A stretch of 60,000 nucleotides of DNA, from the NCBI GenBank assembly GCA_021800365.1, contig JAJYZA010000001.1, positions 85,377-145,376 on the forward strand, written 5' to 3'. Of the stretch, positions 19,001 to 28,178 are shown piece after piece (positions within the stretch are counted from its first letter, which is position 1; every line of letters begins with the position of its first letter). Made by a program: the position numbers and the translations under genes. A model generated the notes under the pieces. The model made no database searches, was not told where the DNA came from, and saw only the letters and a program-made list of their open reading frames with translations. This stretch comes from Nanobdellota archaeon (GTDB taxonomy: Archaea > Nanobdellota > Nanobdellia > Parvarchaeales > Parvarchaeaceae).

Positions 19001-22000
19001 GCTATTCCGTCACCATCAAGTGTAGTATACACGAGTTTCCCATTTGGCGAGGCCGCTACGCCATAGCTTGGAGGGGCGAAAAGGCTTCCCGAAGCAAGGT
19101 TTACGGTCTTTAGATATGTATCGGAAGTTGCATTTATTATCGATAGTTGCGATTCCGGCGTAAGGCTTGAATAAGTAACATAGACATATCTACCGTCAGG
19201 AGAAACGGCTATCGAATATGGATTAGCGTCGGGTAAATCTATAGTTTTAATGACCGCATCGGAAGAGATGTTTATAACTTCTAGTCCGTATCCGCTCGTA
19301 TTTGCAACATACAGGCTATTACCATTAGGAGATAACGCAATCCCTGCGGGTATACTGTTGGCAGGCAAGGAAATCGTACTCACCAACGTTATTGGATTTG
19401 TTGTACCGATTGAGAATACAAAAATGCCCTTCGGAGTCGCTGCGTATAAGAAATTACCATTATTAGAGATTGCTACTCCCCCATATGGATAAGCCCCGGT
19501 TTCTGGCGTGAGTGTAGTGACCATGTTCGTCGAGGTATTTATAACTGATATCCCTGTGCGCCCACTTACAAAGACCTGCTTGTCATTCGGTGCTACTGCT
19601 ATCCACGCAGGCGAATGTGCTACGTTAATGCTGGTCTCAACGTTATTAGTGCCATTCACAATAGACGTCGTATTTGAGAGGAAATTCGTAACATATGCAT
19701 TCGACGAAGGATAACCGATAGTGTAAGGCCATGTTCCCCCTCCTTCCGTGGAAAAGGCGATCTTATTCGAACCTTTGGAATTCTCCGAGGTACCATTATA
19801 TGTAGCTGTCCATGCAGTATTTAGCGGTAGACCCGACTCAATAAAAGTAGTTTCACAAATGGCCGGATAAGAGATGTATTCTGTAGATCCAGCAATTAAC
19901 CCGGTACCTCCATTTGGCGAAGGCCCGTAACTGCATCCACCTATGTTTATAGAAGAAACTTCGAAAGCGTAGTTTCCTGGAGGGGTTACTATAGTTATAG
20001 CACCTGAAGTAGACCAACCGGTATACACAACCGTTGGCTTATTCGGTCCAGTTTTATATACCATATCTACGCTCCAATTCGTGCCGGTCGGCAATCCGGT
20101 TTCTGCGAAAGTCGTGGTACAGTAAGTTTCAGTATATACGATTTCCTGCAGGCCCCCCGAGAATAAGTTGCCACTCGATGGCGCCGGTGTATATGTACAA
20201 CCGGCATATGTTACTGGATATGCCGTGAATGCATGGGAAGTTCCAGCTGGTAATATAAAGGAGATGGAAGAAGAAACGGACGATTTCGTAATGCCGTCAT
20301 ACGTAACTGTCCATGATACACCAGATGGTAATCCGGATTCCTGGAAGGTCGCCGCTGGATTGAAAGATAGGTATTTTCCAAAAGGTGCGTTGATTGTATA
20401 AACCGGCACGGGCACCATATTATAAGTCTTAGGAGAAACAAGCAGCGTATAACTGACATTCCATAGAGTCGGAAGATTGTAAGCAAGGTAATAACTTGAT
20501 GCCGTAGTAAATGTAGTGTTCCCCGGTGTCTGGAACATACAGTTCACTATATATCCATACAATTTGTTATTTATCGGATTGCACTCCTCGTCAGAACTTA
20601 TGTTGAGCTCAAACTGGCCGCTTCCCGCATATTTAGAAGTAAATACCCTCTGATTGCCATTTGAACATGTCGAGTCCAGGTTAAGAGCCGGCCCCGCAGT
20701 GTCATACAAGTTAACTGTAGGTGAGGACGTATTCCCTGTCTCGCTTACGCTATAGAATTGTATTGCGTGCAAACCCTGATTTAATGCGCCAAGAGATAGG
20801 AATATTCCATCTGAATAGCCTGTTGGGAGCTGCTGCCCTGAGCACAGTCCGCCTTCTCCGAGTGCAAATGCGTCGAAACTATTGTTTTCAAACACACCGC
20901 CAGGACAGTTCGCCGACGTGCCTCCCGTAAAGAAGCTCATCGCATAATCCAATATACTGCCATTCACGAAACCTGGGATGCCGTATACCTTGAAAAACGG
21001 GTTTTGCAGTAACAACATATTCAACATGTCATAAGGATACACCGAAGACTTGAACAAAGCTTCTGAAGGCAGATTAGATAATAAAAGGTTGGTCGGATAA
21101 AGTACGGTATTTAGCGTGTTAAACTCGTATTGGGACATCGATAACCCACTCATATACTGGTCTTTTACTATTGTCTGTTCGCCGCTTGGAGGGATGGAGA
21201 TGTTAGTTATCAACGTATTGTTTAATACACCAAGTCCTATTCCGATTCCGCTGTCATTAGCGTATTGTAGTGCATATGACGCATTTGAGGAGGTTGCTAC
21301 GCCGCTATGCTGTGCGATGCAGCCGTTGGCGACGGTCGGCGCTGTGTAACCTGGCTGTGAAAATGCATTACATCCAGTCGGAAGCGAACCCACTCCAGGA
21401 CCTGACGCCGATTTATATTGGGTATAAGAAGAGTATCCTGAATAACCAACTGTAGTACAAGCCGGCGTCGCAGACACGCTTCCGCTGAAACCAACTGGTT
21501 GAGGGTTTGGATTAGAACATGATTCTATTGTCCCTGAATATCCCGCAGGACAACTATAAGTCGAATAAAAGGTAGAGCCACTCGTTACACTAGAAAAAGT
21601 CGGCTGGGTCTGATTAAAAATATCCCTACCGGCTTCACAGCCGCCTACTTCGGGGAGATTCTTATGTGCGCTATCTAGGTAAGGTGTCCAAGTATCTCCA
21701 GATACAACATTTGAATGTATCGGATCTGAAACGTTTCCACAGAGAAAATTCGCTGTCGGCGCTGTCGGCTCCGCCTGGCTTCCAGACAACGTATTCCAAT
21801 TAAACGTAAGTGTCATTGTCTGTGATCGTATCGGTCCATTATAAGTGTCGCTGCATGAAGCGACTAAATCTGCTGAAAGTCCTGAGCCTAAATAATTCGA
21901 ACGTATGCTGGAGCTACAGTATCCAGCCGAGCTTCCACTGCCGCATGATAGCGTAAAGGTATGTCCTGTAGTGTTAGTCACACTACCACTACACATGAAT

Positions 22001-25000
22001 GAGGAGCTGCTTATCAAGATCGGATAATTTTGCGCCTCGTAAACTGGCATACTTGAAGTAGCTGTGCCGCTTGTGCTTGTTACATCTTTCTGCCCAGTCC
22101 AAGTGATATTTATTGCGCCATTTGTCTGCTCGCATGAGTAGGCGGAATTTATAATGCAACCTCCTTCGAGGTTTCCGTTGTTGTCACTTACAAGCGATTC
22201 TATTTTATCATAGCTGCCACCGGAGGGTGGAATCTGCTTATAGACTGCTGTACAGGTTGTATAATTGACTATTGAAGAATTGCCAGGGCAACTGCCTATC
22301 ATGGATCCCGCACTACTTGGATTGAAAATGGCGGCCACGTCCTGCGGCGTCCTATTTATTAGATTACTCTCTCCGGCATTATTTGGATTATAATTTTGCC
22401 AGGTCCCGTTTACCTGCAATTGTGGCCATGACAATACATAGTCATTGCCTTGCTTGATTGACGATGACGTTATTGCTGAAGTCAGCGCGCAATCACCGTA
22501 TATTGTGGAATTCAGTCCACCGGAACTAATGTTATAAACGCCAGGTCGGTACAACAAACCTATAGTTTCTCCACTCTGAGTAGTGTAGAGGTTATCGACA
22601 CCATTCAAAGATGATTCTGAAGTATACATCGGCTGGGGGCCGAGCATGCAATAAAATCCGGAGTTTATGTATGAAGATGGGACTGAAACTGTATTCGCTC
22701 CGCCTAGCGTGCCTGAGGAGTAGCCGTTGTTAGTGATACAACTATTTGATAAGCCATAAGGATCGTTTAGCGGTGTGGTGGTGGGGAGTGCCTGGCCTAC
22801 CTTTACCGTAGAATATCCACTGTAGCCTATAAATTTCGGTGGCGGAACGTAGGTAATCTGACCACTGTTTGTTTGCGCATATGAAAAATTAGATATGAGA
22901 TTGTTCTGTATGTTAAACGAAAGCGGTTCGCCTTGTGAAAATATGTAATCCGTTATTACAGGTGCGCCATTATAGAAGCAGAAAGCGCTGTCGACTGCCT
23001 GGGATGGGTTTGTTATCTGGTACAGTTTATTCGAATTGTAGCTGACTCCGCCAAATCCCGACTCTGGCCATATAACTTGCTGCGAAGCCGAGTACGAAAC
23101 ATCGAAACATTTGACTATTGGACCATCGACCGTCTGCGTTATCGTGCTTTGTTGTTCCGTTGACAGATTATTCACTAGCAACGTACCTACACCGGCTCCA
23201 GCGATAGAAAATGAATCGAGGCATGGTCCAGTAGAAGGCTTGCAATTTGCGAGTAAATTTGTAGAGTAGTTTTTAGCGCTTATGAAAACCGAATATTGCG
23301 TCGAAGATGTGTTAAGCCAAGAGTCTGAATAAGTTGCTGGAGAAGGCAGTTCTCCAGTGAATAGCGTATAATTTACCGAATTTCCGCCGTTTATATTGTT
23401 GAGTATAAATTCATAAGTACATTGGCCCGCGGAAGGCATTACTTGATATGGTACCTCCGCATAAGGATATGGCGACTGGCCTAAAAGTCTCAAGTCATAA
23501 CAAGATGAGCCGGGAGAAGCAATGGAGAAACTTACTGGTATCGATGATGGTAAAGCCGAGGTCGTATTTATCGATAGCGCATAAGCAGCAGAAGGATTAT
23601 CCGGAATAGCAGATGGTAATAAGACAAAGAAGCCGCCTGCGGGAGTGCTTATCGATACATTCCGCAATAAAGCCCCATTTAAGATTGCCTGCCCGTTGCT
23701 TTGTTCGATAAAAGACAAGCTATAATTACCTAAATTTTCTAACTTGCATCCCGAAAGCCCGAAACCCGGGTTACTGTAATTAAATTCGCCATTATCGACT
23801 ATAGCGTTTACAATATTACATCCGTTTGTAGAAGGTATGCTAGTAAGATTAACTTTCTGCGAATTCAATGGCACTCCATTGTCTGTTATGTATAATGTCC
23901 CCTTACTAAAGTTCTGCACGGCTACTCCTAAATTTATATCACCGCTACCTAGGTAGGCTGTCCCGATGCCTTGAGAAGTGAAAACGGCCCTGATCCCTGG
24001 GAACGTATTGCTTACTCTGCAGAATATGCTGCCATTCGGTGCACTGTATTCACCCGCCCCTTCCGAAGCAACGGCATTGTTTTTTATGCCGAATATATTA
24101 TTTACTACATCACAATTGAACGGGGTGTCATTTAAATAGTAAAGGTATATATTTGAGTTATCAAGTATCGTCGTTTTTGGCGCTGCACCGAAAACCAGAG
24201 TAAATCCCTTACTTATCTGCAAAGTTACATTTAAGTCCATAGTGTATGCAAGAGCCGTATTGAGTGGACAAATCTTGGTGTGGCAAGGCGGTCGAATGCG
24301 GATTTCCGTAGAATTTGATATATTGGAGGAGACCATAACGGCACCGTTGCTGCTTAGATCCCCGAGATTTAGCGTGGAGGTATTATACATCTGCGCATAG
24401 AAAGGCCCGTCGTGCGAATCAACAACTATGTATGAATTGTTAACATAGTCACTAGGCAGTGTTGCGGTTAGATTACTTAGACACGGCGCGTTTGAACTGT
24501 TAACTGTAACTATCTGCGAACCATTTGTTTGGAAAGGATAAGCACAGTTGCCATAAGCCGCTCCCTTGTAGTATAAGTAAAGATAAACTGTATCGTTAAT
24601 CAGTCTCGTGAAGTTATTAAGTGTATCTACACCTACAATCCTCATAATCGAACTATTGCCTATCATGTTATTAGCTATTAAAGTAAAACCGTAGGCCGAA
24701 GGCGATATAGCGACGGGAGTTATCGTCGGCGTAACTGAAAGCAGATTGTACACGCTAGATAAATTAGCAAATCCGGCAGGTTCGGTTCCTTTTCCAAAAT
24801 AAACGAAAGCCTCTTTTTGATACTGGCCAGAGGTCGCATTTATTACTGGGGTTTCTAGGCGCATAGAAACGGCAGCAGTAGGATATATGGCACCATTATC
24901 GTAATTAAGCGTCGTCTGGTCTGCGTAAGGAGAGAAAAGTAGCCCTCTCCATCTATTTATTATTACATTTGTTACTTGGTTATTCTGCGTGAATGAATTC

Positions 25001-28000
25001 TGTACTGCATAATTGAGGTTCGGGGCAGATACTGCTTGAGTACTCCAGAAAACACTGAAATCCTGTATATTCTCCTGTGAAGCAAAGCAGGAAATTGTTG
25101 AGCCATTCAACTGTGCCGGACTCGACAAATCGTAGTTTCCTGTGCCATTTTGCATCGATACTTTCGCTGAGATGTTGGAAATCAATACCGACTGATTTGC
25201 ACTTGCTGCACCTACGAAAACATTAAGAGAATCTGAGTATATCGATATTCCGCTGAAGGGTTTCTTACTAAAATTAGCGGTATAGGAAACGAGATACTGC
25301 CAAGGCGGAGAAGTATAACTAGATGATGGGTCTATAAACTCGTTATTATGTGATAGAATATCCGCTTGGTTTTTAAGCTCATATCCCTGTGGAGGCCATT
25401 GAGGCGTCAACGGGCTTATTGAACTTACCAATCCGGAGGAAACTAGAGGATCTACTGTCATACCACCGGAGAGGTACGCTGATGGACTACTACCTGGTGA
25501 TTCCCATGATACGTTTAAGGCATTACCGAAATACACGCTTACGTTGACTTTACCGGCAAGCAGCGTCTTAAATACGGCCATCGGTATCTCTACAGTGAAG
25601 GTAGCGGTGCCATTCGGGACTATGAGTGGCATACTAGAACTGCCTGAACTAGTATGGACTAAGAATGTATTTGACGCCCTTATGACGTTTGGATATTGCA
25701 ATGAATTCGGCATATACATCCAAAATCCAAGTAAAGAATTATTAAAAGGCCCTGCTTCATAAGATTGTGACTGAGCAAATAACGCTTGAATTGGTACTGG
25801 GTTCAGAGGGTAGCCATTTTTATAAACGAACATATCTGTCTGTAGCTGACTATTATATCTTATCTCGATTATACCTGTAGTTTCCTGCTGCATTTGCGTA
25901 AGGAAATTTTCATACAGTCCATAGTTATTTGTTTGCAAATTTCCATTAGAAGAATGAAACATTTGACTGACGTTGGTATCATTAAATAATATGACTAAGT
26001 AAGGCCTAGTCATATTTGTGTTGCCAACATTCTTTACTGTTACAACTAACGGTACTGAAGAGTCATTTGAATTAAAAACTGGGCAGGAGCTAGACAAATT
26101 CTGTAAAAACTCAGTAGAACCTGCATATGGGGCTGAAAGGTTCTTCTGTCCCGAGAAGTCTCCACAAAAATTACCTGCATTATTTGCTAAATACAAAGAC
26201 GTTATCCAAGCGTCTGTAACGTTTTTAGGCGCTATCCCGTTTGCGGTGCATACTGGCTGAGAGAATATTCCGTCTTGGAAGTTCATATAAGAATTATACT
26301 GCAGACTATTAAAATTGGCTGAGGTCCTGAAACAGTTTGTATTATTGAAGAAGGCGTTGCATTCACCTATGGCAGTAAGATAATTCTCTGCAGCGATTGG
26401 AGGTATTATTCTTGTATAGCTCGGGGAAGTATAAACTCCAGTTGAAGTATCAAAGTTTTCGCCATAGAAGCAAAAACTATTTAGTTCTCCCTGGGTAAAG
26501 TTATTCAGTGGATCCTGAGTATTATATCCTGGTGCATATGGCTGATCATCTAACACATTTTGAAACGCTGAGCTCCAGTACCGCTCATATGATACTGGGT
26601 CTATTGAGGATCTGTTTTCAAACGTACAAAATGGTAATACATTACCAGGTGAATTTGCAGTCTGTCCTGTCCAATTACAGAAAGGAAATACCGCGGCTGT
26701 TCTGAAGAAAGCCTGTATCTGTACGTTACTGGTTAAACCCGTGGTCAACGTAGGATAATAGGCGGATTGGAGATTGGGCAGAGTGTAGGTATTTATATGC
26801 GTAGATGTCAATCCAGGTTGACTAAGGAATGACTCCCAACTAGATTGGGATGCTAAATTACTTATACTAGAAAGAGATAGATTACTCTCATATAAATTTA
26901 CAATTGTATTAGAGCCGGCGTCAAAATAATTTTCACTAAGCGGTGTGTTGAAGAAACCTGAGACGTTAATGTAAGCCGTATCTCCCGGATTGCCTGATGG
27001 AAATTGCGCATAATTCAAAGTAGGGGAGTTATAATTAAATGTTGAAAAAATATTATCCAACCAGAATAGGAGCAAAGGATTATTATTTCCTCCCGGCCAA
27101 AATGCCTGACCAAAATCATAGTAAACGCTAAAGCCAATTCCACCCTGTGCTGCTAAACCGACGGATGGAACGAAGCCGCTTACTGACAATATGGCTGGAA
27201 TCGGCGCAAGAGAAGTTACAACACCCAGATAAGGATAGCCTGAAAGATAATTATTTGGAAAAGTCGACCCACACGAAATCGCAGGAACTATCATCGTAGA
27301 ATGGGATGGAACCGCAGGCCCGGCACCTCCAGTGCCTTGTACGGAAAAAGAACTGTTTACAGCGTAGTAATATCCAGAAGAACCGTATTGGTATATGTCA
27401 CTTTTACTCCAATTAATAAAATTTGGATAATAAGGGCTATTTGAATTTGGATATGGGTTATTTGCTACACCTATCCCAGGTATGCTTATTGGACCGCTGG
27501 TCGTCGGAAGACAATAATTAGGGTCATTTACACTTGTAGGATAAGGGATCCATGCAGAAGCTAAATTTGGGTACTCGGGATGCAGTGAGCCAATACCGCT
27601 ATTGCCCTCTCCTGTGCAGGTTAAAGCACCCGAAAGACCATCGTATTGTCCGGCATTATTCTGAGGAAAACCAAAGTAGCCATAGAAACTGTTGTAGGAA
27701 TAAGTAGCACTGTTGAGATTTACTGTTACCCAGTATGGAAAGCATATGCTGCCGACGCAGATCTGCTTGCTTGCTGTCACCGAATAAGAGGTCGGCGCAT
27801 TACAAGTATAGCCACCTTGGCTACTTGTAACTGAACCTGGCAAAAATTTCTCGTTGAACCAATAATTGCTTTGGAATCCGTTTGGATTAAAGGCTTCTGA
27901 AGAGGTTATGGCGCTGCTGACAGACGGAGCTAGTACATCGGCAGAGCTATTGCCAGTGCCTATGTTATTCTTAGCAAACGCATGGGAAGTACCAACTGCA

Positions 28001-28107
28001 TGATATGATACAAGCGAATTTCCACCGATTATATAATTTAGCCTTATGCCTGCGACAATAAATAAAATCACTATAGATAATGCTAAAATCGCATTGAGTT
28101 TATTCAT
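16057..28107 (-). CDS. giant (4016 aa) Cys-rich surface adhesin-like protein with Ig-like repeats and two YVTN-type beta-propellers
   Basis: N-terminal hydrophobic signal; S/T/N/G-rich with many N-x-S/T sequons; TFxESGLPxGxxW repeats; IAVSPDG/YVTN blades; no C-terminal TM. Confidence 0.9.
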   Translation of the reverse strand: MNKLNAILALSIVILFIVAGIRLNYIIGGNSLVSYHAVGTSHAFAKNNIGTGNSSADVLAPSVSSAITSSEAFNPNGFQSNYWFNEKFLPGSVTSSQGGYTCNAPTSYSVTASKQICVGSICFPYWVTVNLNSATYSYNSFYGYFGFPQNNAGQYDGLSGALTCTGEGNSGIGSLHPEYPNLASAWIPYPTSVNDPNYCLPTTSGPISIPGIGVANNPYPNSNSPYYPNFINWSKSDIYQYGSSGYYYAVNSSFSVQGTGGAGPAVPSHSTMIVPAISCGSTFPNNYLSGYPYLGVVTSLAPIPAILSVSGFVPSVGLAAQGGIGFSVYYDFGQAFWPGGNNNPLLLFWLDNIFSTFNYNSPTLNYAQFPSGNPGDTAYINVSGFFNTPLSENYFDAGSNTIVNLYESNLSLSSISNLASQSSWESFLSQPGLTSTHINTYTLPNLQSAYYPTLTTGLTSNVQIQAFFRTAAVFPFCNWTGQTANSPGNVLPFCTFENRSSIDPVSYERYWSSAFQNVLDDQPYAPGYNTQDPLNNFTQGELNSFCFYGENFDTSTGVYTSPSYTRIIPPIAAENYLTAIGECNAFFNNTNCFRTSANFNSLQYNSYMNFQDGIFSQPVCTANGIAPKNVTDAWITSLYLANNAGNFCGDFSGQKNLSAPYAGSTEFLQNLSSSCPVFNSNDSSVPLVVTVKNVGNTNMTRPYLVILFNDTNVSQMFHSSNGNLQTNNYGLYENFLTQMQQETTGIIEIRYNSQLQTDMFVYKNGYPLNPVPIQALFAQSQSYEAGPFNNSLLGFWMYMPNSLQYPNVIRASNTFLVHTSSGSSSMPLIVPNGTATFTVEIPMAVFKTLLAGKVNVSVYFGNALNVSWESPGSSPSAYLSGGMTVDPLVSSGLVSSISPLTPQWPPQGYELKNQADILSHNNEFIDPSSSYTSPPWQYLVSYTANFSKKPFSGISIYSDSLNVFVGAASANQSVLISNISAKVSMQNGTGNYDLSSPAQLNGSTISCFASQENIQDFSVFWSTQAVSAPNLNYAVQNSFTQNNQVTNVIINRWRGLLFSPYADQTTLNYDNGAIYPTAAVSMRLETPVINATSGQYQKEAFVYFGKGTEPAGFANLSSVYNLLSVTPTITPVAISPSAYGFTLIANNMIGNSSIMRIVGVDTLNNFTRLINDTVYLYLYYKGAAYGNCAYPFQTNGSQIVTVNSSNAPCLSNLTATLPSDYVNNSYIVVDSHDGPFYAQMYNTSTLNLGDLSSNGAVMVSSNISNSTEIRIRPPCHTKICPLNTALAYTMDLNVTLQISKGFTLVFGAAPKTTILDNSNIYLYYLNDTPFNCDVVNNIFGIKNNAVASEGAGEYSAPNGSIFCRVSNTFPGIRAVFTSQGIGTAYLGSGDINLGVAVQNFSKGTLYITDNGVPLNSQKVNLTSIPSTNGCNIVNAIVDNGEFNYSNPGFGLSGCKLENLGNYSLSFIEQSNGQAILNGALLRNVSISTPAGGFFVLLPSAIPDNPSAAYALSINTTSALPSSIPVSFSIASPGSSCYDLRLLGQSPYPYAEVPYQVMPSAGQCTYEFILNNINGGNSVNYTLFTGELPSPATYSDSWLNTSSTQYSVFISAKNYSTNLLANCKPSTGPCLDSFSIAGAGVGTLLVNNLSTEQQSTITQTVDGPIVKCFDVSYSASQQVIWPESGFGGVSYNSNKLYQITNPSQAVDSAFCFYNGAPVITDYIFSQGEPLSFNIQNNLISNFSYAQTNSGQITYVPPPKFIGYSGYSTVKVGQALPTTTPLNDPYGLSNSCITNNGYSSGTLGGANTVSVPSSYINSGFYCMLGPQPMYTSESSLNGVDNLYTTQSGETIGLLYRPGVYNISSGGLNSTIYGDCALTSAITSSSIKQGNDYVLSWPQLQVNGTWQNYNPNNAGESNLINRTPQDVAAIFNPSSAGSMIGSCPGNSSIVNYTTCTAVYKQIPPSGGSYDKIESLVSDNNGNLEGGCIINSAYSCEQTNGAINITWTGQKDVTSTSGTATSSMPVYEAQNYPILISSSSFMCSGSVTNTTGHTFTLSCGSGSSAGYCSSSIRSNYLGSGLSADLVASCSDTYNGPIRSQTMTLTFNWNTLSGSQAEPTAPTANFLCGNVSDPIHSNVVSGDTWTPYLDSAHKNLPEVGGCEAGRDIFNQTQPTFSSVTSGSTFYSTYSCPAGYSGTIESCSNPNPQPVGFSGSVSATPACTTVGYSGYSSYTQYKSASGPGVGSLPTGCNAFSQPGYTAPTVANGCIAQHSGVATSSNASYALQYANDSGIGIGLGVLNNTLITNISIPPSGEQTIVKDQYMSGLSMSQYEFNTLNTVLYPTNLLLSNLPSEALFKSSVYPYDMLNMLLLQNPFFKVYGIPGFVNGSILDYAMSFFTGGTSANCPGGVFENNSFDAFALGEGGLCSGQQLPTGYSDGIFLSLGALNQGLHAIQFYSVSETGNTSSPTVNLYDTAGPALNLDSTCSNGNQRVFTSKYAGSGQFELNISSDEECNPINNKLYGYIVNCMFQTPGNTTFTTASSYYLAYNLPTLWNVSYTLLVSPKTYNMVPVPVYTINAPFGKYLSFNPAATFQESGLPSGVSWTVTYDGITKSSVSSSISFILPAGTSHAFTAYPVTYAGCTYTPAPSSGNLFSGGLQEIVYTETYCTTTFAETGLPTGTNWSVDMVYKTGPNKPTVVYTGWSTSGAITIVTPPGNYAFEVSSINIGGCSYGPSPNGGTGLIAGSTEYISYPAICETTFIESGLPLNTAWTATYNGTSENSKGSNKIAFSTEGGGTWPYTIGYPSSNAYVTNFLSNTTSIVNGTNNVETSINVAHSPAWIAVAPNDKQVFVSGRTGISVINTSTNMVTTLTPETGAYPYGGVAISNNGNFLYAATPKGIFVFSIGTTNPITLVSTISLPANSIPAGIALSPNGNSLYVANTSGYGLEVINISSDAVIKTIDLPDANPYSIAVSPDGRYVYVTYSSLTPESQLSIINATSDTYLKTVNLASGSLFAPPSYGVAASPNGKLVYTTLDGDGIAIVNASSYKLINIIGQGNPFGIAVSADGNLLYVTRYNGGSLQILNATSYQSIANLTTGAQASAVALSLPLSSITINGCKYTVIPAAGYLPTGNTLQVNYSVVNCATTFTESSLPPGFKWSVTFDGITGSNSTNSPITLVTQNGTFVASASVDGLTCTAKKTVSTGSYNYNDVAINSWSCITTFTELPIDTGQNFPLGTWWTNYEGTNSTLINYNAISFSTPASPSSQQFSIGYALATSASTDYLPCLYNPSNSSGKIYPGSSLSITYAFSGNCQFTFYESGLPSGAYWDVYLTAVPGIYSMSTGISTHKLTLNTTGYLWGATESGELPRHGIAVSPDGLFTYTINSSSSTLIQAYTATGKVVRTYALPSNPNGVTITPDGKYAYVSAPLTNIITEINLTTESEVVNITFPPLVEFSNGNSYQTRLVATSADTYSDACVYALFDAIVSSSVSYLGLETLCNRAPESQYPINLGTISNTYSVEDLAVSPKLSDQTSQYVSVIGTGNQLSIVNVTAYLSGKSSYITDITLPLGQSGYTTSIAESPTGNKLYVGGSDNFSIIDLSTYQIKTLPLYSVYSLAPSSDGKLLYANGQLLYAINTSSDSVVYTLINNADLSDIAAAAQNNNYVYVTAPLDVAQMTIHLHTNAQAGNFDAPLGTVYTFSVPTTYVNGACAYNPTPNSGKITIGEGSETISYTAGSCYTEFEESGLPGGYNWTVTYDGNTVSSSKAGGNIQIPSPPGDYSATATIDGLSCSAYVSSVQAGSTYTFNNGDWSCTTQFSFSDSGITNNAGTGPGQYTKWYVTYSSANNSAPTVAPPRGSNSITEVTHAGVFSAVAHIENYACDSLPGSNGNSVIAGTTVTFGHWGCNTTITATYSVNGGNQYPFAISGDTWGFEWYGDGQKCVVYSPYTSEVQVDSFYGQSFNCGEVAQSSIISGEDNGPGSYLFSAANDQAGDCTTPSNYVNIYLTAGGTINLPYSCTTTPP
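16100..20350 (-). repeat. about 8-9 Ig-like 'TFxESGLPxGxxWxVT' protein repeats (thermopsin-tail type)
   Basis: Repeat starts near 20350, 20115, 19850, 18688, 18463, 18180, 16908 and 16685; diverged at the DNA level. Confidence 0.8.
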
Positions 28108-28177
28108 GTCTTCCCCCGAACGCTATCTGTGCAAGCAGCGATAGCGGCTTACTTGTAAAGCTATGCGTATTTTCCAT
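28100..28177 (-). CDS. 25-aa linker/leader ORF bridging the 1167-aa gene and the giant gene
   Basis: MENTHSFTSKPLSLLAQIAFGGRHE*; starts in the same TAATATG junction used twice upstream in the operon, and its stop overlaps the giant ORF start. Confidence 0.45.
   Translation of the reverse strand: MENTHSFTSKPLSLLAQIAFGGRHE
28121..28146 (-). promoter_or_regulatory. stem-loop immediately upstream of the giant gene's SD-like GGGGGAAG and ATG
   Basis: Perfect 7-bp inverted repeat CGCTATC...GATAGCG with an inner TGC/GCA pairing. Confidence 0.5.
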
Positions 28178-28178
28178 A

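Noticed and set aside
16057-28107. DGR target, DNA tandem repeats or CRISPR-like array in the giant gene
   Set aside because: The repeats are diverged protein-level units; no reverse transcriptase, TR/VR pair or spaced direct repeats were seen.
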